A stretch of DNA of 64,000 nt from a bacterium (GCA_025360745.1 JANYBP010000032.1:2574-66573); one strand, 5' to 3'. Shown: positions 42,306-51,900, counted from the stretch's first letter. Translations and numbers: made by a program. The notes: generated from the letters alone by a model not told the origin.

Positions 42306-42652
42306 GCATACACGACAACCAGCGCCAGGATGCCGACGAACAAAACCAGTTCGCCCAGTTCAAGCCAGCCCGACGTTTCGTTGTAGACGGCGACAACCGG
42401 AAACAGAAAAAGCACATCCACCGAGAAACCCACGAAGATCAGCGCATATAGGTAATACACCACCCCGTAACGTATCCAGGCGGTGCCGATCGGTTCCATG
42501 CCGCATTCAATGCTCCGCAGGGTCTTGTGATAGACCGTGCGCGCACGTTTCGGCGCCAGCAGCAAAGCCAGAACCAGCGGTGCGATAGAGAGGCCAAGGG
42601 CCCCGGCAATGAAAACCAGAACATAAATCAGATCGCCCAACGAGGAATTGTC
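42251..42652 (-). CDS. nuoA: NADH-quinone oxidoreductase subunit A
   Basis: About 134 aa from MDNSSLG, with 3 TM and a NuoA-like loop (ECGMEPIG). Confidence 0.7.
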   Translation of the reverse strand, partial: DNSSLGDLIYVLVFIAGALGLSIAPLVLALLLAPKRARTVYHKTLRSIECGMEPIGTAWIRYGVVYYLYALIFVGFSVDVLFLFPVVAVYNETSGWLELGELVLFVGILALVVVYAWKKGVFTWKSKLMSPRG

Positions 42653-42758
42653 CATATCAAGTCTTGCCCTGGCGGAAAGGGTTGCTATTCTTCGTTTGAG
42701 CTTGCATGGCCGTGGTTTGGAGGCTATCACGGCGACGCGGCCGAGTGCAAGAATATTT

Positions 42759-43294
42759 ACATGAAAAACAACATAAGTCTCGACTCCCAATTCCACCGGC
42801 ATTCATGGCGCGGGCAACTGCGGATCATTGCGGCCGTGACGCTCGGCGCGGTCGCCGTTTACTTCGGGTTGACCCGTTATGTGTTGCTGGTCGGACAGGT
42901 GGTGGGAACAAGCATGACGCCAACCCTTGAACCGGGGGAACGCTACGCCATCAACCGCCTGGCCTACCGCCGGCAGGCGCCGGCCAGGGGGGACATCGTC
43001 GCCGTCCGCCTGCCCTCCGAATCGGACCTGATCGTCAAACGCATCGTCGCCCTGCCGGGCGAGCAAGTGGCCATGCGCGGAGGTTTGGTTCTGGTCAACG
43101 GCACGGTCCTTCAGGAGCCGTATCTGAAGCCCGGCACACAGACGGCGGCCAAGCGCATGGGCAGCGCCGTGCGCAAGATGGCCGACGACTGCTACTTCCT
43201 GCTCGGCGACAACCGCGAGGCCAGCGCGGACAGCCGGATCGATGGCGCCGTCCCCAGAGTCTGGATCGTGGGACGCGTGGTGACGGGGCGGTGA
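42759..43294 (+). CDS. lepB: Signal peptidase I (LepB, S26 family)
   Basis: The catalytic Ser box (GTSMTPTL), Lys box (IVKRIVALPGE) and GDNREASADSR box are present. Confidence 0.8.
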
Positions 43295-43304
43295 ACGAGG
43301 TTAC

Positions 43305-44477
43305 GTGTCCATGTTTGTGCCGCGCCGGGAATTATGCAAGAAAGGCCTTCGCATGAAACGCGCACACACACGGCGGTCGCCCGGACGTTGGGATGGTCCT
43401 ATCCCTCCGCCCCGAAAAATTTTGAGTCGAAGCATGGGGCTCGTACGGCTCGATACCAACGCCATCCGCACCAAATCCCTGAAGGACTATCGCAAAGTTG
43501 AAAAAGCGCTGGATAAACTCAAACTCCAGTTGAAGCGCTTTCGCGAACATGACACCCCTGGTTTCCTGACCTGGATGCACAAAACGTTCGGAAGTCTGCT
43601 AACCCGCCAACGAGAACTCGCCCAAGCCATTCATGGCAGGCAGGAACTGCTGCGGGAAATCATGGACATCGTCGACCGCTACAAACTGTCCGACGTCGAG
43701 GCCTACAGCAAGGTTCAGTGGCGCCGCGCACATCCCGAGCAAGCCCAGGCCGAAGATATCCGGTTCGAGGAGGAGATTCTCAGGCGGCGGGAGGCACAGC
43801 GCGGGCGACCCGTCAGGGAATGCGACGCTTATGACGCCGATTCCGATCCGGACGACATTTTCGATAACGACGCCTTCAAGACGATGCCGGACGAGGATTG
43901 GAACAATTTTGACGATTTCTACGAAACCATGACCGGCAACCGTCCGCCGCCCAACTTCGCAAGGCGCTCGCATCAGGAGGATGTCTCAGCGCGGGATATC
44001 TACCGTACAATCGTCCGTCAACTCCACCCGGACCATCACGGCGCCATGTCCGAGAATCGCAAGAACCTGTGGCATGAAGCCCAGGAAGCCTACCGCCGAC
44101 GCGATGTCGCCGCCCTCTACAATGTCCTCGTGCGTTGCGACAGCGGGAAAGCGGGACTCGGACAGCACACGCCCATCTCCATGATCCACAGGATGACCGC
44201 CCAATTACGGCGGGCGATGCAATCCACCCGGGCGGAGATTCGCCGAATGAAGAGCGATCCGGCCTGGAACTACGAATCACGCGCCGAAGACCCGCGTTAC
44301 GCCAATCGGCTCCGCTCCGCAATACAATACGCGATCGATCACGCCGGACGCGAACTGCGGGACTTTGACGACATACTGGCGCGACTCGAACGCAACGCCA
44401 ACCGCGCCCAACGCCAATCCCAGACAAAACGAAAACGTTCGCCGCAACGGGATCTAATGGACGATTTTTTGCTATAA
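43305..44477 (+). CDS. Hypothetical protein with a C-terminal J-domain-like segment (HPD motif)
   Basis: DIYRTIVRQLHPDHHG..AQEAYRRRDVAALY resembles a DnaJ J-domain. The rest is charged and low-complexity. Start is uncertain. Confidence 0.45.
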   Translation: MSMFVPRRELCKKGLRMKRAHTRRSPGRWDGPIPPPRKILSRSMGLVRLDTNAIRTKSLKDYRKVEKALDKLKLQLKRFREHDTPGFLTWMHKTFGSLLTRQRELAQAIHGRQELLREIMDIVDRYKLSDVEAYSKVQWRRAHPEQAQAEDIRFEEEILRRREAQRGRPVRECDAYDADSDPDDIFDNDAFKTMPDEDWNNFDDFYETMTGNRPPPNFARRSHQEDVSARDIYRTIVRQLHPDHHGAMSENRKNLWHEAQEAYRRRDVAALYNVLVRCDSGKAGLGQHTPISMIHRMTAQLRRAMQSTRAEIRRMKSDPAWNYESRAEDPRYANRLRSAIQYAIDHAGRELRDFDDILARLERNANRAQRQSQTKRKRSPQRDLMDDFLL

Positions 44478-44485
44478 CTTAAACG

Positions 44486-44740
44486 TCAGCCATGATCGTG
44501 AGGATGGGCGTGGTCGTGAACTTCGCCGGTCGCGCCGACTTCCAGCCCGGCCTTTTTCAGAATCGCGTCGGTGGCAACCATGTTCGCCGCGGCCGTTTCG
44601 AGCAGCACGGCCAAAGTTTCCGAGCCTTCCAGTCGCGCCGCTGCGGCCCATTGCCTGAACTCGGCTTCATGCCGGCGGTTATGTTCGATCCAATGCGGCA
44701 GCAGAATCCGTAGTTTTTCGATCGCCGTTTGCGGCTCCAT
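44486..44740 (-). CDS. Small helical protein with a His-rich C-terminus (HDHAHPHDHG), a CooJ-like putative metallochaperone
   Basis: 84 aa. Its ATG is 1 nt after the stop of the CooT-like gene, suggesting tight coupling. It has a His-rich tail. Confidence 0.35.
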   Translation of the reverse strand: MEPQTAIEKLRILLPHWIEHNRRHEAEFRQWAAAARLEGSETLAVLLETAAANMVATDAILKKAGLEVGATGEVHDHAHPHDHG

Positions 44741-44741
44741 A

Positions 44742-44945
44742 TCAGCCCTTTCCGCCGGGTTTTACCAGGGTCACTTCGTTCTCCATGAAATCGATCCCGC
44801 TGATCACGGCCCCCGCGACCAGTTTTGGCGCCTCGAACATCGCGTTGACCTCGATGCCATCGGCGGTCACCTTAAGCCGCGCGGCGTTTTCCAGAACCAC
44901 CTCCTGGCCGCCTTTATTTTTCAATACGATGCGCATCTGGCACAT
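44742..44945 (-). CDS. CooT-like small nickel-binding protein (N-terminal Met-Cys)
   Basis: 67 aa. MCQMRIVLKNKGGQEVVLENAARLKV resembles CooT-family proteins, which begin MCxAKVVL and use Cys2 as the metal ligand. Confidence 0.45.
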   Translation of the reverse strand: MCQMRIVLKNKGGQEVVLENAARLKVTADGIEVNAMFEAPKLVAGAVISGIDFMENEVTLVKPGGKG

Positions 44946-45051
44946 GGATACCCCCGTTTCCGTCTAATCCGAACGCGTCACGATACATATCAGTAAACAG
45001 TAAAATTCAATCGAGCACTGATTGCCATTCACAGTTCACAGTTTACTGTTC

Positions 45052-45185
45052 GTAATGGGTCAGTTACGCGGTGGGACCGCCTGAAGGCGGTACACCAAAC
45101 GCGGGAATAAGAATAAGTAATGCCGTTTGGTGTACCGGCTTTAGCCGGTCTTTAGTCCACCTCCACTATGTCACTGACCCATTAC
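45052..45185. mobile_element. MITE-like palindromic element, copy 1 (13-bp terminal inverted repeats GTAATGGGTCAGT/ACTGACCCATTAC)
   Basis: It is about 88% identical to 58417..58538. Internal inverted repeats are present (GGTACACCAAACGCGG/CCGTTTGGTGTACC). The flanking direct repeats are TTCACAGTTTACTGTTC and TTCACCGTTTACTGTTC. Confidence 0.7.
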
Positions 45186-45211
45186 TACCGTTCACCGTTT
45201 ACTGTTCACTC

Positions 45212-46036
45212 TTAGCTCTTCTTCTCCGCAATTCTCCATCGGTGAGAATACACCGATATCCGCTGGTCACGCAAGAAACCGCAGAGAGTGATGCCGAGTT
45301 GGTCGGCCGCTTCAAGCGCCGCCGTCGTAGGCGCACCCACCGCCGCCACCAGCGGAATGCGGGCTCTGGCCGCCTTCGCGATCATTTCCAAACTGGTGCG
45401 GCCGGATAAAAACAAGCCCAGTTCGCTCATGGCTATCTTCCGCAGCAGCGCGTGGCCGATCAGTTTGTCGAGCGCGTTGTGACGGCCCACATCCTCCTTC
45501 ACGCACAAGACATTGCCGGACGCATCGAAAAGCGCCGCGGCATGCGCGCCGCCGGTCAAATCGAACAACGGCTGCGACCCCCGGAGCGCCGCCGGAACCC
45601 GGTACAAAACCGCCAATGGAACGCTCAAGGCGCCGGCGACGCGGCCCAGCGCCGCGACCATCGTCCGCATATCCTCCCGTCCGCACAGTCCGCACGACGA
45701 GGTGATCGTCAGCGAGCGGCGCGGTTTGTCGCCGGCGTCGCGGGTTTTGACGGCGATCGCATCCGGGGAGTCGGGACACTCGCGCAGCATTTGAATATCG
45801 TCCGGCGTGACAATCAGACCCTCGGTGAAAAGAAAGCCCGCGACCAGTTCGCGGTCCGCCCCCGGCGTGCGCAGTATCGTATAGGTGGTGTTGTCCACCT
45901 CGATGCTCAGCGGCCTTTCGACAATCACGGCGTCAGAGCGTTTTTGGCCGTTTGGATGATCGCGGTCGAACTGGACAATCTCCGTCTCCCGCATCCCAGC
46001 CGGCGGCGGCAACGCATTTTCGCTGTTTCGTGTCAT
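45212..46036 (-). CDS. fdhD: Formate dehydrogenase accessory sulfurtransferase FdhD
   Basis: 274 aa. The catalytic Cys loop (SSCGLCGRE) and the conserved EDVGRHNALDKLIG are present. Confidence 0.85.
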   Translation of the reverse strand: MTRNSENALPPPAGMRETEIVQFDRDHPNGQKRSDAVIVERPLSIEVDNTTYTILRTPGADRELVAGFLFTEGLIVTPDDIQMLRECPDSPDAIAVKTRDAGDKPRRSLTITSSCGLCGREDMRTMVAALGRVAGALSVPLAVLYRVPAALRGSQPLFDLTGGAHAAALFDASGNVLCVKEDVGRHNALDKLIGHALLRKIAMSELGLFLSGRTSLEMIAKAARARIPLVAAVGAPTTAALEAADQLGITLCGFLRDQRISVYSHRWRIAEKKS

Positions 46037-46233
46037 TTCAATCCAAAGATAATCCAGAATTAATGCAAGAGAATATTCACCACAAAAGACCGCACAGAAC
46101 GCAGAGAATAACCCTATTGTTTGGCAGTTGGGTGTTGAGTCAGAATAAACTTCTCGATCTCATCCATCAGTCACCTCGAATTCTGTGCGTTCTTTGCGAT
46201 CTTTCGCGGTGAACCAAGAACTCGGCGCCAATA

Positions 46234-46704
46234 TCACCAGGCCTCGGGAAAGGCGGCGTTGGTGAAGAGTTCCTCAACCTTCAGTTTGTGGCGTCGCTCG
46301 ACCTGGGCCAGACCGAGCAGCAGGTCGCGCTCCGGACCGTCGGGATACATGCCGGCCCACTTTTCGTAAAACTCGACGGCCAGCTTTTCCTTTTTTGCTG
46401 CGAGCAGGAAGGCCTCGGACGGCGACAACTCGGCGGTGAATTCGGGCGTTCCAAAAAACTCCACCAGCGAGCCGCCGATGCCGCTGCCTTCGGGCAGCGG
46501 TCGCACACCGCTCCTGAATTCCTCGATCAGGCGCTTGTGCTCGATCTCGTCCCGCATCAACCCCTCGAGCGCCTCGCGCGTCACGCGGTCGGCCATGCGT
46601 CCGGCCGCCTGCCGATAGAAGGCGGCGGAGGATTCCTCGTTGACGATGGCCCGCGCGATAATCTCATCCCAGCCCGCGCGATCGCTCGCAAGCGCGTTTT
46701 TCAT
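46234..46704 (-). CDS. Ferritin-like/rubrerythrin-like diiron-domain protein
   Basis: 156 aa from MKNALASD, with a GGAAGGTGG RBS upstream. Two E..H motifs (DEIEHKRL, QVERRHKL) are present. The longer ORF-track extension overlaps fdsA out of frame and is rejected. Confidence 0.55.
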   Translation of the reverse strand: MKNALASDRAGWDEIIARAIVNEESSAAFYRQAAGRMADRVTREALEGLMRDEIEHKRLIEEFRSGVRPLPEGSGIGGSLVEFFGTPEFTAELSPSEAFLLAAKKEKLAVEFYEKWAGMYPDGPERDLLLGLAQVERRHKLKVEELFTNAAFPEAW

Positions 46705-46724
46705 CGGTCCACCTTCCCTTTCCT

Positions 46725-49439
46725 TCAAGCCCGCGGCGCGCCGGCGTCTTCGATCCTGGCGGCGCAGCACTTGTACTCGGCCGTGCGCGTGATGTTGTCG
46801 AAGGCGTCGTTGGTCAATTTGTTGGTCACGCTCTCGACGAAATGAAAGGGCATCCAAAGTCCCCCGGGGCGGACCTTGTCGCCCACATGCGCGCGGATCA
46901 CGAGCGAGCCGCGCCGCGTCGAGACGCGCGCCAGGCCGCCATCGGCGATGCCCAGGCGCTCCGCGTCCAGGCGGTGCAACTCGACAAAGTTCTCGTTCTG
47001 CTTCTGCGCGATGGAGGCGGTCTTCCTGGTCATGTTGCCGATGTTGTAATGGTAGAGCGTGCGCCCGGTGGAAAGCATGAAAGGATAGGCGGCGTCCGGC
47101 TCCTCGGCCGGCGGGCGGTGCCTGATGGCATGCATCAACCCCTTGCCGCGGGTGAAGCGGCCCTTGTGCAGGAAACCGGTGCCGGGATGGTCCCTGGTGG
47201 GACAAGGCCACTGTAGCCCGAGCTTGTCGATGCGCTCGTAGGAAATGCCGCCGAAGCTCGGCGTGAGCGCGGCGATCTCGTCGAAAATTTCCGAGGCGCC
47301 GACATAGTTCATGGGATAGCCCATGGCGGTGGACATATCGCATAGGATGCGCCAGTCCGGCCGCGCCTCGCCGGGCGGTTCGACGGCCTTGCGCACGCGC
47401 TGCACGCGGCGTTCGGTGTTCGTGAAGGTGCCGTCCTTCTCGGCGAAACAGGTCGCCGGCAGGATCACGTCGGCGAGTTTGGCCGTCTCGGTCATGAATA
47501 TTTCCTGGACCACCAGAAAATCCAGTTTCTTCAAGCTCTCGATGACCTTGGCCTGGTTGGGCTCGCTGAGTACGGGATCCTCGCCGAGCACGTAAAAAGC
47601 CTTGAGTTCCCCCGCTTCGGCCTTTTCGATGAAGTCGGTCACGCGTCCGCCGGGGTTCGCCGGCAGGGCGCCGCCCCAGGCCTTGGCGAACTTGGCGCGG
47701 ACAGCCTCATCGGAAACTTTCTGATAACCCGTGAGCACGGTGTTGATCGCGCCCATGTCGCAGGCGCCCTGGACATTGTTCTGACCGCGGATGGGATTGA
47801 TCCCCGAGGACTCCTTGCCGATCTGGCCGCAGAGCATGGCGAGGTTGGCCAGGTTCTGGACATTTTCGGTGCCGCAGGTGTGCTCGGTGATGCCCAGGGT
47901 ATAGAAGATCGCCGAGGGCGCGCCCTTCGCATACCACTCCGCCGCGCGCCGGATCAGCTCCGCATCCACGCCGCAAACCTCCGCCGCCCGCGCGACGGTG
48001 TAGTCCTTGACGTTTTCGCACAGCGCGTCGAAGCGCTCGCAGCGCTCGGCGACAAAGGCCTGGTCGTGCAGGTTTGCGGCCAGGATGTGATTCATCATCG
48101 CGTTGACCAGCATGTTGTCCGTGCCGGGCCGGTGCTTGATGTGGATCTGCGCGTGCCGAGCCATCCAGGTATCGCGCGGATCGCAGACGATCAGCCGCGC
48201 CCCCTTGCGCATGGCCTTCTTCATCTCCAGGCCGACGATCGGATGGGCCTCGGTCGGATTCGCGCCGATCAGGAAAAGCGTCTGCACATTCTTGATTTCG
48301 CCGATCGCGTTGGTCATGGCGCCGGACCCGAGCGAAAGGGCCAGCCCGGCGACGGTCGGCGCGTGGCAGGTGGTGGCGCACTGGTCAACATTGTTGGTCT
48401 TCCCCGCCATACGGGCCAGTTTCTGCATCAGGTAGTTCTCTTCGTTGGTGCAGCGCGCGGAACTCAGGAAGGCCAGGCCTTCCGGTCCGTACTGGTCGCG
48501 GGCGGCGGCCAGGCCCTGGCTGGCCCTGGCGATGGCTTCCTGCCAGCCGGCTTCACGGAAGGAACCGTTCTCGCGGATCAGCGGTTTCGTCAGCCGCTCC
48601 GGCGAATTTACGAAATCGAAGGCGAAATGTCCCTTCACGCAGAGATTGCCGTCGTTGCTGCCCATGCCGGGCTCGGTGGTCACGCGCGCGATGCGATTGA
48701 GTCGTGGATTGACGTTCAGTTCCATCGTGCAACCCACACCGCAGTAGGTGCAGGTGGTCCGCACCCTGGTCAAATCCTTGCGCCGGCCCAACCCGCGGGC
48801 GGCCTTCTCGCGCATCGCTCCGGTGGGACAAACCCGCACGCAGCCGCCGCATAGTTCGCAGTCGGACTGGTGCAGCGGCCGCCCGTAGGCCGTATTGATC
48901 CTGGCGCCGATGCCGCGGCTGTCGAAAGTCAGCGCGCAGGCGCCCTGCACTTCGTCGCAGAAGCGCACGCAACGGCCGCAGCGCACGCATTTTTCGAGAT
49001 CGTACTCGATCGCGCGGTTTTCCGAGGTGTAGTTCAGCGGCACCGGCTCGCTGTGCGGGAAAGTTCCGTAGGTCCATTCCCTGGCGTCATACCGGTACGC
49101 CAGATCCTGCAGCACGCACTCGCCGTCGGCATCGCAGGTCGTACAGGCCACACGGTGCTCGCTCAGCAGCAGTTCCAGGATCAGCTTGCGGCGCGCGGCG
49201 AGTTCGGGCGATTCGGTCACGACCTCGATTCCCTCGCTGACGGGGGTCGCGCAGGCCAGCACCGGCGGACGGTCCAGCGCGCCGACATGCACCTGGCAGA
49301 GCCGGCAGGCGCCGGTCGGGATCAGGCGCGGCTCGTGGCAAAGGTGCGGGATCTGGATGCCGTTGTCCTGGGCGGCCTGCATGATGGTCTGACCCGGCTG
49401 GGCTTCGATCGCGCGGCGGTCAATGGTCAAGCGGACCAT
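46725..49439 (-). CDS. fdsA: NAD-dependent formate dehydrogenase alpha subunit (NuoG-like N-terminus fused to a molybdopterin FDH catalytic domain, Cys-type)
   Basis: The N-terminal 2Fe-2S and 4Fe-4S motifs are present, followed by the molybdopterin-domain Cys motif (CTYCGVGC). The active-site segment TTCHAPTVAGL aligns with FdhF V(U/C)HGPSVAGL. Start assigned at MVRLTIDRR, with an AAGGAGAAAA RBS upstream. Confidence 0.85.
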   Translation of the reverse strand: MVRLTIDRRAIEAQPGQTIMQAAQDNGIQIPHLCHEPRLIPTGACRLCQVHVGALDRPPVLACATPVSEGIEVVTESPELAARRKLILELLLSEHRVACTTCDADGECVLQDLAYRYDAREWTYGTFPHSEPVPLNYTSENRAIEYDLEKCVRCGRCVRFCDEVQGACALTFDSRGIGARINTAYGRPLHQSDCELCGGCVRVCPTGAMREKAARGLGRRKDLTRVRTTCTYCGVGCTMELNVNPRLNRIARVTTEPGMGSNDGNLCVKGHFAFDFVNSPERLTKPLIRENGSFREAGWQEAIARASQGLAAARDQYGPEGLAFLSSARCTNEENYLMQKLARMAGKTNNVDQCATTCHAPTVAGLALSLGSGAMTNAIGEIKNVQTLFLIGANPTEAHPIVGLEMKKAMRKGARLIVCDPRDTWMARHAQIHIKHRPGTDNMLVNAMMNHILAANLHDQAFVAERCERFDALCENVKDYTVARAAEVCGVDAELIRRAAEWYAKGAPSAIFYTLGITEHTCGTENVQNLANLAMLCGQIGKESSGINPIRGQNNVQGACDMGAINTVLTGYQKVSDEAVRAKFAKAWGGALPANPGGRVTDFIEKAEAGELKAFYVLGEDPVLSEPNQAKVIESLKKLDFLVVQEIFMTETAKLADVILPATCFAEKDGTFTNTERRVQRVRKAVEPPGEARPDWRILCDMSTAMGYPMNYVGASEIFDEIAALTPSFGGISYERIDKLGLQWPCPTRDHPGTGFLHKGRFTRGKGLMHAIRHRPPAEEPDAAYPFMLSTGRTLYHYNIGNMTRKTASIAQKQNENFVELHRLDAERLGIADGGLARVSTRRGSLVIRAHVGDKVRPGGLWMPFHFVESVTNKLTNDAFDNITRTAEYKCCAARIEDAGAPRA

Positions 49440-49477
49440 GGGGGTTTTCTCCTTGAGGTCATTCATTCCTGCAGCGC

Positions 49478-51370
49478 TCATTTTTTCTCGATTGCGGCGA
49501 CCGGACAAATATCGAAGCAGGCGCCGCACTTGATGCACAGGGCCGACTGGATCGCGAAAGGCTCGCCGACCTTTCCGTTTTCGCGGTCCTGTTCAGTGGC
49601 CCGCGCCGGCGCCTTGCCGATCTTGCCGGCGATGCAGGGAACCGGACAGGCCTTCGCGCAGCGTCCGCAACAGATGCATTTCTCGGGCAAAATCTTGAAA
49701 CCGATCAGGCGGCGGCAGACGGCGGCCGGACAACGCCGTTCGTTGACATGCGCCTCGTATTCCGAACGGAAATGCCGGATCGTCGTCAGCACGGGATTGG
49801 GCGCGGTCTGGCCCAGGCCGCAGAGCGAGTTCTTCTTGACCTGGCCGCCCAGTTCTTCCAGACGCGCGATGTCCTCCGGCTTGCCCTCCCCGGCGCAGAT
49901 GCGCGTCAAAATCTCCAGCATGCGGGTCGTTCCGATCCGGCAGGGCGGACACTTGCCGCACGATTCCTTGGCGCAGAAGTCCATGAAATACCTGGCCAGG
50001 TCCACCATACAGGTGGCGCCGTCCAGAATGATCAGACCGCCCGAGCCCATGATGGCCCCGACCTCCTTGACCGTTTCGTAGTCGATCGGCATGTCGAGAT
50101 AACGCGCCGGCACGCAACCGCCGGACGGTCCGCCCATCTGGGCGGCCTTGAAGGCCGAGCCGGCCGGCACGCCGCCCCCGATGTCGTTGACCAGTTGATT
50201 CATCGTGATACCGATCGGGACTTCCACCAGACCGGTGTACTTGACCTTGCCGGCCAGCGCGAAAATCTTGGTGCCCTTGCTCGTGGGCGTGCCCAGCCCG
50301 GCATAAACCGCGCCGCCCATGCGCAGGATCGGGGCGATATTGGCCAGGGTCTCGACGTTGTTGATGCAGGTCGGTTTGCCCCACAGTCCGCTTTGCGCCG
50401 GGAAAGGCGGCCGCGTCCGCGGCTGGCCGCGCTTGCCTTCGATCGAGGCCAGCAGCGCGGTCTCTTCGCCGCAGACAAAAGCCCCCGCGCCGGCCTTGAT
50501 CTTCACGTCGAAGGCCATGCCCGTGCCCAGAATATTATCGCCGAGCAGCCCGTGCTCGCGCGCCTGCGCGATGGCCAGCTTGAGATGTTCGATGGCGATC
50601 GGGTACTCGGCCCGCACATAGACGTAGCCCTGCCTGGCGCCGATGGCGTGGGCGGCGATCAGCAGTCCCTCCAGAACGGCATGCGGGTCGCCTTCCACCA
50701 CCGCGCGATCCATGAAAGCGCCGGGATCGCCCTCGTCGGCATTGCAAATCAGGTATTTGAGTTCGCCGGGCGCCGCGCGGGTGGCGCTCCACTTGCGGCC
50801 GGTGGGAAAACCCGCCCCGCCGCGGCCGCGCAGACCGGAGGCGGTAATTTCAGCGATCACGGCCTCCGGCTCCATCCCGGTCAGCGCCCGCTCCAGCATT
50901 TCGTAACTACCATCCGCCAGGGCCGATTCGATACTGGTCGGATCGATCCGTCCGCAACGCGCCAGCACAAGCGGTTTTTGGACGGCAAAAAAGGGAATGT
51001 CCACCCGCTTCGGAATCGGCCCCTGGCGTCCTTGAAAACACAAACGTTCGACCACAGCGCCGCCGACCAGTGTCGTGCGCACGATTTCCGGCACGTCCTC
51101 GGGCTTGGCGCCCAGGTAAAGTATGCCTTCCGGGTCTACGCCGATCACCGGCGCCCCCGCGCAGATACCCTGGCAGCCGGTCTTGAGCAGCGCCACCTTG
51201 TCCGTCAAACCCGCCGCGGCCAGTTCGCGCTCGAACGCCGCATGCACCTCCAGCGCGCCCAGCGCCCGGCAGCCGGTCGTGCAGATACGCACCGCGCGGG
51301 CCGGCCGGCGCCGCCGCGCGGCGCGGCGCGCTTCGCGCAGTTTCTCGATTTCCGGCGTCAGCTTGGACAT
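49478..51370 (-). CDS. fdsB: Formate dehydrogenase beta subunit (NuoF-like FMN/NAD-binding, with N-terminal thioredoxin-like extension and C-terminal ferredoxin domain)
   Basis: The NuoF motifs are present (GAGFPTGRKW, ESCGKCPPCRIGT). The C-terminal domain has CIKCGACFDICP. Confidence 0.8.
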   Translation of the reverse strand: MSKLTPEIEKLREARRAARRRRPARAVRICTTGCRALGALEVHAAFERELAAAGLTDKVALLKTGCQGICAGAPVIGVDPEGILYLGAKPEDVPEIVRTTLVGGAVVERLCFQGRQGPIPKRVDIPFFAVQKPLVLARCGRIDPTSIESALADGSYEMLERALTGMEPEAVIAEITASGLRGRGGAGFPTGRKWSATRAAPGELKYLICNADEGDPGAFMDRAVVEGDPHAVLEGLLIAAHAIGARQGYVYVRAEYPIAIEHLKLAIAQAREHGLLGDNILGTGMAFDVKIKAGAGAFVCGEETALLASIEGKRGQPRTRPPFPAQSGLWGKPTCINNVETLANIAPILRMGGAVYAGLGTPTSKGTKIFALAGKVKYTGLVEVPIGITMNQLVNDIGGGVPAGSAFKAAQMGGPSGGCVPARYLDMPIDYETVKEVGAIMGSGGLIILDGATCMVDLARYFMDFCAKESCGKCPPCRIGTTRMLEILTRICAGEGKPEDIARLEELGGQVKKNSLCGLGQTAPNPVLTTIRHFRSEYEAHVNERRCPAAVCRRLIGFKILPEKCICCGRCAKACPVPCIAGKIGKAPARATEQDRENGKVGEPFAIQSALCIKCGACFDICPVAAIEKK

Positions 51371-51900
51371 GTCGGCGTCCCCTCTTGATGCGTGGTCCCC
51401 TGCCCCGCGCGCTTCGCACCCATGTTATCGAGCACCTTGACAGCCTGGTCCGGCGTGAGATTTCCGAAATACCGGCTGTCCACCAGCATCACGGGCGACA
51501 GAAAGCAGGTGCCAAGACAGGCCACGGTTTCCAGCGAAAAAAGCCTGTCGGGCGTGGTCGCGCCATCCTCGATACCCAGACGCCGCACGACCGCATCCAT
51601 GATCTTGGGCGAACCGCGCACATGACAGGCGGTGCCGCGGCAGACGCGAACCGTATGCTTCCCATGCGGTTTCAGATGGAATTGCGCGTAAAATGTCGCC
51701 ACGCCATAGAACTTGGCGACCGGCAAGCCGCTCAACCGCGCCAGTTCGTCCACGACCGGCCGCGCCAGATAACCGTAGCGATCCTGAACATCCTGCAAGG
51801 CCCCGATGATATCGCCTTCCGAAAAAGGGGCGTGCGAAGCCACGATCTCCGCCACAGGCGCCAGGTCAAAGGACGATTCCACCGCGCTGTCGTTCTGCAT
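51358..51900 (-). CDS. fdsG: Formate dehydrogenase gamma subunit (NuoE-like 2Fe-2S)
   Basis: The motifs VCRGTACHVRG and ETVACLGTCFLSPVMLV are present. Start assigned at MQNDSAV. Confidence 0.75.
   Translation of the reverse strand: MQNDSAVESSFDLAPVAEIVASHAPFSEGDIIGALQDVQDRYGYLARPVVDELARLSGLPVAKFYGVATFYAQFHLKPHGKHTVRVCRGTACHVRGSPKIMDAVVRRLGIEDGATTPDRLFSLETVACLGTCFLSPVMLVDSRYFGNLTPDQAVKVLDNMGAKRAGQGTTHQEGTPTCPS

Noticed and set aside
46705-47343. Upstream extension of the ferritin-like ORF (369-aa ORF)
   Set aside because: It overlaps fdsA in another frame. An RBS and Met at 46704 define the real 156-aa gene.
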